Below, piece after piece: positions 8,618-16,088 of a DNA stretch of 27,226 bases; positions within the stretch are counted from its first letter, which is position 1; every line of letters begins with the position of its first letter. The stretch is from IMG/VR virus record IMGVR_UViG_3300032220_001536, positions 1-27,226 of that record, one strand, 5' to 3'. The notes beneath the pieces were generated by a model that saw only the letters and a program-made list of their open reading frames with translations, was not told where the DNA came from and ran no database searches. Both the position numbers and the translations under genes were made by a program. The stretch comes from a virus (taxonomy: Duplodnaviria > Caudoviricetes).

Positions 8618-9667
8618 ATGGCACGCCCCACCAAACAGCGCCCTCCTGTAAAGCAGGAAGCAGAAGAGATGGAAGCCCAGGAAATGGGTGAGACTTCCGA
8701 AGAAGAGACCCGTGAAGGCACCGAGGACGGAGCCTCCATGAAGAACAGCCGGAAGCGCAGCCCCAAAGGTGCCAAAAACACCAAGGCTCCGATGGACGCT
8801 GAGTGCGGCATCTGCAAATCTGGCAAGTCTTGCTCTTGTAAGGCCAAGAAAGACGGGGGATGCGGTAGCTACGGCAAGCGTGGCGATGCCCTGACCCCTC
8901 AGGAATATCTCGCTGCTTGCGATCTGGGTATCCAAGACCGCAGCCGCACCTACATTCGCGCCCGCCTCGACACCGCCATGAACCTCACACCTTCCACTGT
9001 CCGCGCTGACCTCAAGTGCGGGAACGGCTCCATCTCCCAGGGTGAGAAGTGCACCAAAGGCACGGCGCAGACCGTTGATCCGAGAGCCACCGCAAAGCGA
9101 GAATTTAACGACATTCATCGTAATCGCAAAGCTCACGCTGCATTCCACAATGCAAAGGCGAACAGAAAAGGTATTGGCAACAAGGTAAAGCTTGCAGGTG
9201 AAGTTGCAGCTCGTGTGGGTGCACAAGTCGCACTTGGTGTTGGCACAAATCAAGTAGTCAAAGGTATTATGAGTGGAAATATAGGTGAAGCAAGCCGAGG
9301 TTTTCGCAATATGCACCTAGGTCAAGCTGCCGTGCAGATGGCTAATGCTGGCAAAGCTAGCCGCATGGGCAATAAAGGACTCGCGAAAGAATTTATTAAG
9401 AGTGCAGGGCGTAATGCGGGAGTTGGCGTCGGCCAAGAAGCTGCTATTGGAGCCTATGCAGGTTTCAAACGCACAGGGGGAATGGCCGGTATCAATCGCC
9501 GTACTCGTAGTGCCTATCAATCAGCCCGAGCACGTGCCACCGGCATGCGCTCCACACCACATGGCACTGGATGGGCCTCTAGCGCCTACGACCGTCCCTT
9601 GCCCGGTCGTCGTGACTCGGTCTACGCCGCCGGATTTAGCCCTGACTACGAGCAACTCGCAATCTGA
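8618..9667 (+). CDS. Putative head cargo protein (ORF B): acidic/Cys-rich N-terminus plus leader-Cys module
   Basis: Internal MNLTPSTVRADLKCGNGSISQGEKC (from 8978); tail RRDSVYAAGF. Confidence 0.75.
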   Translation: MARPTKQRPPVKQEAEEMEAQEMGETSEEETREGTEDGASMKNSRKRSPKGAKNTKAPMDAECGICKSGKSCSCKAKKDGGCGSYGKRGDALTPQEYLAACDLGIQDRSRTYIRARLDTAMNLTPSTVRADLKCGNGSISQGEKCTKGTAQTVDPRATAKREFNDIHRNRKAHAAFHNAKANRKGIGNKVKLAGEVAARVGAQVALGVGTNQVVKGIMSGNIGEASRGFRNMHLGQAAVQMANAGKASRMGNKGLAKEFIKSAGRNAGVGVGQEAAIGAYAGFKRTGGMAGINRRTRSAYQSARARATGMRSTPHGTGWASSAYDRPLPGRRDSVYAAGFSPDYEQLAI

Positions 9668-9670
9668 GGC

Positions 9671-10447
9671 ATGGCGCTTACCCCTGCCACCATTCGCGCT
9701 GACCTCAAATGTGGGAAAGGGTCCATTTCCGAGGGCGAGAAGTGCTCAAAGGGCGCTGCCACTAAGCGTGCACCTCGAGCTGGCACCACAGAGCGACTGC
9801 TCAAGCGCGCCGGGACTATCGGTTTTATGGGGGGCCTCGGTTACACCGCAGTTGCACTAGCCAAAGGCAAAGCCAACCATGCAGTAGGCGGATTGACTGG
9901 TGTTATGGCTTCAACATCCGCTTTCAACACAGGTGAGGCAATGATGTATGAGCGCAAAGGTCAGAAAGCCAAAGCTAAAACAGCGCGAATAAAGGCCGGT
10001 ATAGGTGCTGGCTATGCACTAGCGGGTATAGGTCTGCTGGGGTACGAAGCCATATCAACCCGTAACTACATAAATAATGTTGCAAACGGCACATACACGC
10101 GAGAAACCGCAAGGAAAACCCAAGCAGCAGGAGAAAACTACAAAAATACCTATCAGGGCCGTTATGGTGGCGCAAGCGGAGCCGGTTACCGAGGTGCTCG
10201 TCCTCCCCGCCGCGGCTACCAAGGAAATCCCTTCCAAGATCTGGGTGTGTCCGCTTCGGCATCTACTGCGGAACTGAAGAAAGCCTGGAAAGCAAAGATG
10301 ATGCAGCATCATCCTGACCGCGGGGGTGACCCCGAAGTGGCCAAAAAGATCAACGAGGCATATCAAGCCATTCTGCGATCTAAAGGCATCAAGGACTCCA
10401 TCTACGCCGACGGCTTCGACATTGACTGGGACGCCCTCGCGCTGTAA
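9671..10447 (+). CDS. Putative head cargo protein (ORF C) with C-terminal DnaJ J-domain
   Basis: Leader MALTPATIRADLKCGKGSISEGEKC; hydrophobic segments; NPFQDLGV...LKKAW...HHPDRGG...INEAY J-domain; tail IKDSIYADGF. Confidence 0.85.
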   Translation: MALTPATIRADLKCGKGSISEGEKCSKGAATKRAPRAGTTERLLKRAGTIGFMGGLGYTAVALAKGKANHAVGGLTGVMASTSAFNTGEAMMYERKGQKAKAKTARIKAGIGAGYALAGIGLLGYEAISTRNYINNVANGTYTRETARKTQAAGENYKNTYQGRYGGASGAGYRGARPPRRGYQGNPFQDLGVSASASTAELKKAWKAKMMQHHPDRGGDPEVAKKINEAYQAILRSKGIKDSIYADGFDIDWDALAL

Positions 10448-10450
10448 GCC

Positions 10451-10966
10451 ATGAACCTCACCCCTGCTACCGTCCGTGCCGATGCCTTTATCGGTAACAA
10501 GAAGCTTAACTGCGGCCCTGGTTCCAAACCATGTGGCAACGCCTGTATCCCAAAAGACCACAAGTGTCGAGCGTCCTGGAACAAACCAGTCAAGGTTGCC
10601 GCCACAGTAGGTGCAGTGGCTGGTGTTGGATTAGTTGCAACTGCCTTCCTGCATAAACGCCCTGGTATGCGTAGCGCTGCACGAGCCTCTATCGAGCCAC
10701 TTGCTCAAGCTGGTTTTGCCGCAGGCAACGTTGCACGAGGCAACTTTGCTGGTGCTGCAAAGAACGCAGCCAATGTTGCTATGACCGGCAGAGAATTACC
10801 TAAGAATCTCAAGTCTCTAGCTAAAGGCTACAGCACAGACCTGAAGAACTTAGTCAACCGAGGTCGTAATGCTTCGTTCAAAGCTCGTCATCATCGTCAA
10901 GCAAAAGGTGGCCGAGTACCAGGCTTAAACTATGACTCAGTCTGGGCCATAGGTTTTGAACCGTGA
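10451..10966 (+). CDS. Putative head cargo protein (ORF D), basic, with a membrane segment
   Basis: Leader MNLTPATVRAD; CGPGSKPCGNACIPKDHKC; VAATVGAVAGVGLVATAFL; tail YDSVWAIGF. Confidence 0.75.
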   Translation: MNLTPATVRADAFIGNKKLNCGPGSKPCGNACIPKDHKCRASWNKPVKVAATVGAVAGVGLVATAFLHKRPGMRSAARASIEPLAQAGFAAGNVARGNFAGAAKNAANVAMTGRELPKNLKSLAKGYSTDLKNLVNRGRNASFKARHHRQAKGGRVPGLNYDSVWAIGFEP

Positions 10967-11349
10967 ACCTCACTCCCGCCTCCCTGCGCCTTGACACCGA
11001 GGACGGCAAGAAGTACACCAAGGTCGTCACCAACCCCGAAACCGGCCGTAAAAACAAGGTCCGTTATGGCGCCAAGGGCTATCGCATCGCACCTGGCACT
11101 GACAAGGGCGATCGCTACTGCGCCCGCTCCTTCGGCGACATGAAATCCGAGGGCTACAACTGCTCCGGCGGGGAACGCAACACCCCGCTTTGCCTTTCCC
11201 GGGCCAAATGGGCATGCTCTGGCAAGACCAGCCGCAAATCTTCTGCTCTAGCTCGCAAGGACAACTTCATCCAGCACTACGCCCCGGTTCAGCTTCAACC
11301 ACCCAATAAGCGCGACAGCGCCTGGATGCCGGGAAAGTCTCCGGCCTAG
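10963..11349 (+). CDS. Putative head cargo protein (ORF E), basic and Cys-containing; frameshift donor
   Basis: Leader (M)NLTPASLRLD; tail KRDSAWMPG containing the slippery heptamer. Confidence 0.75.
   Translation: MNLTPASLRLDTEDGKKYTKVVTNPETGRKNKVRYGAKGYRIAPGTDKGDRYCARSFGDMKSEGYNCSGGERNTPLCLSRAKWACSGKTSRKSSALARKDNFIQHYAPVQLQPPNKRDSAWMPGKSPA
11331..11337 (+). other. Predicted -1 programmed frameshift site G GGA AAG
   Basis: X XXY YYZ phase is correct in ORF E (CCG GGA AAG); same heptamer as lambda G-T; the -1 frame is open to 12185. Confidence 0.8.
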
Positions 11350-12185
11350 CTCGAGCCGACGCCCCCGAGGTCGCTCGCGGTAAGCCATGTGGTGCCTCTC
11401 ACATCCCGAAGCAGCACAAGTGTGGTAAGCACGCGGCTTCTCAGGCTTCGGCCAAGCAAAAACGCCTAACTCGACTGGCTGTAGCGGGTGGATTAACCGT
11501 CACTGCAGCGGTGGGCTTAGCCCTAATCGCTCGAGGCAAAGCCACTCCCCAAGTCCGCATGATGCCTGGGGTGACTGCCGCCCCGGTACCCCTAACACCC
11601 CGGAGCGTAAGGCTCTTACCTGCTCGAAGCTCAGCGCCAACCGAGGACGAACTAGAGATCCTTGAGCAATACATCAACAGCAGCCGCGTCTTGAATCGCA
11701 GCCTGCGCAGCGGGAAGCTTGTCCCTGGTGTGGAAGCCCGCGTCGAGAAAATCGACACTTGGATGCGTAACGCAAGCCCCACCGAGGGCCGGTATTACCG
11801 CGGCATAGCCTCAGAAAAAGATGCTGAATTCTTCCGCACTGCTTCCGTTGGTGACACCTACAACGACCGTGGATACGGCAGTTTCTCCAGCGTTTACCTC
11901 ACGGCCAGACAGTTCGCTAAAGAGACAGCAGCGGGCGCAGAGCGTGTAGTCGTACGCACACGAGCACCTTTTTACGCCATGCCAACCGAGGCCATCGACA
12001 CCATGGCCCGACACCGTGGAACCTTTGATGTTTCAGCCGCTGGCGAGAACGAGTTCCTCGCTCCACGTGGTGCAAGCTATCGCGTGACCAAGATCCGCAC
12101 CGGTATCCCAACTGAAGGGCGCAACCGTCTGCTTCGCAAGTACACCCTGGTGGATCTGGAGTACACAGGGGTCAACAATAGTTAG
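11337..12185 (+). CDS. ADP-ribosyltransferase module (VIP2/C2/Alt-like, R-S-E class), probably expressed as a frameshift fusion to ORF E
   Basis: YINSS..LNRSLR, YYRGI, GYGSFSS, GENEFLAPRGASYRV. The frame is open from 11310; a Cys module (11388-11423) lies upstream of the first GTG (11511). Confidence 0.85.
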   Translation, partial: VSGLARADAPEVARGKPCGASHIPKQHKCGKHAASQASAKQKRLTRLAVAGGLTVTAAVGLALIARGKATPQVRMMPGVTAAPVPLTPRSVRLLPARSSAPTEDELEILEQYINSSRVLNRSLRSGKLVPGVEARVEKIDTWMRNASPTEGRYYRGIASEKDAEFFRTASVGDTYNDRGYGSFSSVYLTARQFAKETAAGAERVVVRTRAPFYAMPTEAIDTMARHRGTFDVSAAGENEFLAPRGASYRVTKIRTGIPTEGRNRLLRKYTLVDLEYTGVNNS

Positions 12186-12397
12186 ATCCCTTTGATCAAA
12201 TCTTGCAGCGTAAGCCCATAAAGCTCGCTCAAACTGAACAACTTTGTAAGCGATACCTCCACTTCTCCCTTTTCCAACCTCGAATACGCCGCCTGACTCA
12301 CACAAAGTACCTCTGCAACCTCCATCTGTGTGAGTCCAGCATGCTCCCTTAGGCCCCGCATGCGACGACACAACATCAATTGCCTGTGAATCGCCAC
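12182..12397 (-). CDS. XRE-family helix-turn-helix regulator
   Basis: LREHAGLTQMEVAEVLCVSQAAYSRLEKG; start uncertain (12397, 12376 or 12361). Confidence 0.88.
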   Translation of the reverse strand: MAIHRQLMLCRRMRGLREHAGLTQMEVAEVLCVSQAAYSRLEKGEVEVSLTKLFSLSELYGLTLQDLIKGI

Positions 12398-12459
12398 TCA
12401 GTTTTAACCGCCTACCGTTTAAGGCTACTCATTACATCCTGGGGTCGTAAAGTGGTGCT

Positions 12460-13752
12460 ATGGAAACATCTGTTTCTCGCTACGATTTCGCGCCTATCAC
12501 GGGTAGCGAAGCCACCGAGGAGGGTTACCTCCGCGTGTGGTGTCGTGCGGCGCGTACGGGCACTCAGCTCTATCGGCGCGCAGATGGTTCACAAGTTCGG
12601 GAATACCGGCCTCCTGAAGAGGTCAGCAATCCCGACGCTCTCTCCACGTTCGGTATGAAAGCCGCTACGTGGGGGCACCCACCCGTCCTTCTCGACGCAG
12701 CAAACACAAAGCAGTACCAAATTGGCTACTCAGGTAGCCAAGTTCGGTACAACGATGGCTTTGTCGAAGTTGCACTCGTCGTCACAGACGCCGATGCCAT
12801 CGAGAAGATCAAGCGCAAAGATGCCACCGAGGTGTCCGCCGGCTACAAAGTCGACTTCGACCCCACCCCCGGGATCACCCCCGAGGGCGAGGAGTACGCC
12901 GGTGTCCAACGCAACATCCGGGTAAACCACATCGCCATCGTTCCTCGTGGCCGGGCCGGTCCCGAGGTACGCCTTCTGCTCGATCGCATGGATGCAGCCG
13001 ACGCTGTTTCCTGCCCCGAGTACGAGTTGGCACTCCAGCCCAGTCAACCTGCATCTCCCGTTATGGCCACCGTCAAACTGGACGGCCTGGAGATCGATCT
13101 GCCCGCAGAAGCAGCTACGGCGGTCCAGTCCTTCGCCCGGGACATGGAGCGCCAACTCAAAGCTGTTTCCACTGAGCGCGACGAGCTTTCTTCCAAGCTC
13201 GACGCCCAGCAAGAGGAGATCGATGCCCTCGCCTTTGAGAAAGAAACCGCCGAAGGTCGTGCCGACGCTCTCGAAGAGCGCCTGGCCGAATTCGACAACG
13301 GTTCTGCTCGCATCGACACAGTCGAACTCGACCAACTGGTCGCTGATCGTCTGTCCACCCTGCAAAACCTGGCTCCCGCCTTTGCCGACGACTTCAAATT
13401 CGACGGAATTGACGACGCCAGCCTCTACAACCAGGCTTTCGAAAACCTGACCGGCACCGCTCCCCGCGAGGACGCTGAGCCTTCCTACATCCAAGGCGTA
13501 GTCGACGGCATCCTTGCCGCTCGTGCTGACTCCGAGGACGACGAAGAAGGTGAAGATGACGCCCCCGAGGGTGAGGGCGAAGTCGCCGAAGAAGGCGAAG
13601 CCAAAGAGGACGCCGCTGACGCTCGTTCGGACAGCTCTGCTGCCCTACGCAACGCGCTGAAAGGCGTCGGCAGTGCAAACGCCACCCCCGAGAGCGTTTA
13701 TCGCTCGAAGATGGCTGATGCCTGGAAGCGTCCCCTGACCGCCACTAAGTAA
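12460..13752 (+). CDS. DUF2213-type putative prohead protease with C-terminal scaffold-like coiled coil
   Basis: EGYLRV..RAARTGTQLY, EYRPPEEV, GHP, EVSAGY, QRNIRVNHIAIVPRGRAG; acidic coiled-coil second half; lies just before the decoration and capsid genes. Confidence 0.85.
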   Translation: METSVSRYDFAPITGSEATEEGYLRVWCRAARTGTQLYRRADGSQVREYRPPEEVSNPDALSTFGMKAATWGHPPVLLDAANTKQYQIGYSGSQVRYNDGFVEVALVVTDADAIEKIKRKDATEVSAGYKVDFDPTPGITPEGEEYAGVQRNIRVNHIAIVPRGRAGPEVRLLLDRMDAADAVSCPEYELALQPSQPASPVMATVKLDGLEIDLPAEAATAVQSFARDMERQLKAVSTERDELSSKLDAQQEEIDALAFEKETAEGRADALEERLAEFDNGSARIDTVELDQLVADRLSTLQNLAPAFADDFKFDGIDDASLYNQAFENLTGTAPREDAEPSYIQGVVDGILAARADSEDDEEGEDDAPEGEGEVAEEGEAKEDAADARSDSSAALRNALKGVGSANATPESVYRSKMADAWKRPLTATK

Positions 13753-13764
13753 GGAGTACCTTCC

Positions 13765-14373
13765 ATGGCCGTAACTTTCACTGCTACCACTGTCACCAAC
13801 CCCACTGGTGCTCAAGGCAGCTACCCGCTTCGCGAGGCAGTTGGCCACGAGGGCGGCATTGCTGATCTGCAGGCTTATGTCTGCCGCAGCTTCCGCAACC
13901 AGTCCGGCGCCGCCATCCCCTTCGGGGTTTTGGTGATGACGGACAACTCGCCTACCACCAACGACGCTCTCGCCGTTGAGCCTGCGACTGGCACGACCCT
14001 GATTCAGGGCATCACTGTCCACTCGCAAGTCACTGAGGGCACCACTCTCGGTTCCGCCTACACCCCCGTTCCGACTCCTTACTTCTCCGATGGCCGCATG
14101 GGCTATCCGGACAAGGAGACCGTCAACGTCGTCTCCAAAGGCGTTGTGTGGGTGTGGTCCGTCGATGCAATTGCACTCGGCGACGCTGTCCGCTTCTACA
14201 AAGTTGACAACACCGGCACTACCGCTGGCGCATTCCTGGGTCGCTTCGGCAAAACTGCCGCCGCTACCAAGACCATCGCGGTCGCAGGTGCTCGCTGGTT
14301 GTCGGAAACCACTGCCGCGGGTCTGGTTCTCCTCGAACTCGACATCCCTGGTCAGACATACACCGCCGACTGA
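13765..14373 (+). CDS. Capsid decoration/cement protein
   Basis: 202 aa, Thr/Ala/Gly-rich with IPFG and VNVVSKGVVWV motifs; lies between scaffold and capsid genes. Confidence 0.7.
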   Translation: MAVTFTATTVTNPTGAQGSYPLREAVGHEGGIADLQAYVCRSFRNQSGAAIPFGVLVMTDNSPTTNDALAVEPATGTTLIQGITVHSQVTEGTTLGSAYTPVPTPYFSDGRMGYPDKETVNVVSKGVVWVWSVDAIALGDAVRFYKVDNTGTTAGAFLGRFGKTAAATKTIAVAGARWLSETTAAGLVLLELDIPGQTYTAD

Positions 14374-14388
14374 CGGAGATTCCTCATC

Positions 14389-15306
14389 ATGACTACTGAA
14401 ATCCGTAACGACGAAGTCGGCGTCTTTCTCGCCAGGGAGCTCGAGACAATCCTGTCTCGGACCTTTGAAGTCGAGTACACCGACATTAAGTACAGCACCC
14501 TAATCCCGATCTCCACCGAGGTCGGCCCCGGCGCTGACTCCTACACCTTCCGAGTCTTCGACAAGCAAGGCTCGATGAAAGTGATCGGGGACAAGGCATC
14601 TGACCTGCCCCGCGCTGACGTGCTCCGTAAGGAAGTGACCTACCCGGTCCGTTCCTTGGGTGCCTCCTTCGCCTATACCATCCAGGAAACCCGTGCCGCC
14701 GCCATGGTGCCCGGCATGAACCTGGAGCAACGTCGCGCTAACGCAGTGCGTCGTGCCTATGAGGAGAAGGTTCAGGAGATCGCTTTCTACGGCGATGCCG
14801 CCTCCGGCATGAAGGGCTTCTTCAACAACGATCAGGTCGACAAAACCGTTCCTGATAAGTGGTTCGACACCGCAAGTGTCACCACCGACGAAATGCTGGC
14901 TCTTCTGAACGAGGCACCTACCCGCCTGGTGCAGAACTCCAACATGAAGGAGATGCCCAACACGATGCTGGTGCCCTACAACGTGTACCGCATCATCTCC
15001 ACCACCCCCCGTTCGACAACCTCGGACACCACGGTGATGGAATTCTTCCTGCGCACCAACCCGATGATTAGCTCGATCGAGCCGATCAACGAACTGGAAG
15101 CCAGCAAGTCCGGCGGCGCTTTGTCGAAGGACCGGATCCTGGTTTATGACCGCAGCCCTGACAAGCTGCAACTCCAAGTGCCCCAGCCCCTGGAGTTCCT
15201 GCCCCCCGTGCGCCAAAACCTCGAGTTCTCGGTGGCTGCCCACGCACGTATCGGAGGTCTTGCGCTCTATTACCCCAAGAGCGCCATGGTGCTCGAAAAG
15301 GCATAA
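14389..15306 (+). CDS. Major capsid protein (DUF2184/HK97-fold type)
   Basis: FLARELE, DLPRAD, YTIQE.RAA, IAFYGD..GMKGFFN motifs; GGAG RBS; position. Confidence 0.9.
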   Translation: MTTEIRNDEVGVFLARELETILSRTFEVEYTDIKYSTLIPISTEVGPGADSYTFRVFDKQGSMKVIGDKASDLPRADVLRKEVTYPVRSLGASFAYTIQETRAAAMVPGMNLEQRRANAVRRAYEEKVQEIAFYGDAASGMKGFFNNDQVDKTVPDKWFDTASVTTDEMLALLNEAPTRLVQNSNMKEMPNTMLVPYNVYRIISTTPRSTTSDTTVMEFFLRTNPMISSIEPINELEASKSGGALSKDRILVYDRSPDKLQLQVPQPLEFLPPVRQNLEFSVAAHARIGGLALYYPKSAMVLEKA

Positions 15307-15363
15307 ACCTTTAGCCTTTTCCAACCCATTCAGAATGGGTTGATTCCCTATCTTCACCCAATC

Positions 15364-15777
15364 ATGATCATCGTTTACCGCCCAGAACTGGAAAACCCTC
15401 CGATGGACAAGGAGTGCACCATCGGATTCTCGTTCGTCAATGGCGGCGGCCTGACCGATCACATCCAAGTCCTCGCGGGGGTCACCCGTGACTTCCCCGA
15501 GGACGTTTGGGATCAAATCAAGGACTACGACGTGGTCAAAAACCTGCTTTCCCTTGGTGCCATGCGCATCGAGACCGAAGCAGCGACTCTGATCAAGCCG
15601 GTCACAAGCGAAGCCGGCAACTCCATTGCTGACCAGCCCCTCACCCAAGCCCTGAGCCTGGTTGAGGACAGCTTCGATCTGAACCAGCTACGTCAGTGGG
15701 ATGCGAAAGACTCCCGCATCCGGGTGAAGAACGCCATTGCCAAGCGGGTCACCGCGATCACTGAAGGCAACGGCTAA
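15364..15777 (+). CDS. Hypothetical virion-associated protein
   Basis: ATG 15364 (track start TTG 15340); follows the capsid gene; TAATG coupling to the next gene. Confidence 0.7.
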   Translation: MIIVYRPELENPPMDKECTIGFSFVNGGGLTDHIQVLAGVTRDFPEDVWDQIKDYDVVKNLLSLGAMRIETEAATLIKPVTSEAGNSIADQPLTQALSLVEDSFDLNQLRQWDAKDSRIRVKNAIAKRVTAITEGNG

Positions 15778-16085
15778 TGGCAGTCCCCAGCAGCAGCGAA
15801 TTCCTCCTCCGCTTCCCTGAGTTCGGCGAGCAATCGCTCTCAGTGGTGGAGGGAGCATTGGCTGAAGCCGGTCGCAATGCGCCTGCAACCAGCTGGGGGA
15901 CAACCCAATACGACGCCGTCAGCTATCTGGCGGCTCACTTATTGGCAACCCGCATCATGCAAATCGGCCTACAAGTTGGGGCGATGTCCGGCTCCCCCAC
16001 AGGGGAATTGCTGAACTCATCGCTCTACGGCCAGGAGTACCAACGGCTGCTCAACAGCCTGACCCTTAGCGGTTTTGCCTTGTAA
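15777..16085 (+). CDS. Head-tail adaptor (DUF4054-like)
   Basis: FLLRFPEF...YLAAHLL...SLYGQEY motifs. Confidence 0.75.
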   Translation: MAVPSSSEFLLRFPEFGEQSLSVVEGALAEAGRNAPATSWGTTQYDAVSYLAAHLLATRIMQIGLQVGAMSGSPTGELLNSSLYGQEYQRLLNSLTLSGFAL

Positions 16086-16088
16086 ACC

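Noticed and set aside
9713-9719. GGGAAAG in ORF C as a frameshift site
   Set aside because: It is read as GGG AAA G, the wrong phase for tandem -1 slippage.
11511-12185. GTG 11511 as the true start of the ART gene
   Set aside because: It falls inside the hydrophobic segment and omits the conserved RAD and Cys module upstream in the same frame.
4092-12185. Diversity-generating retroelement or invertase shufflon behind the cargo variation
   Set aside because: No reverse transcriptase, template/variable repeat pair, recombinase or inverted recombination sites were seen.
14389-15306. Capsid gene as a cellular encapsulin with cargo proteins
   Set aside because: Portal, neck and a complete tail module indicate a tailed virion.
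14500-15648. Long minus-strand ORFs (382 aa here; also 2566-3297, 8546-9316, 12730-13494)
   Set aside because: Antisense shadows of well-supported plus-strand genes, with no recognisable motifs.
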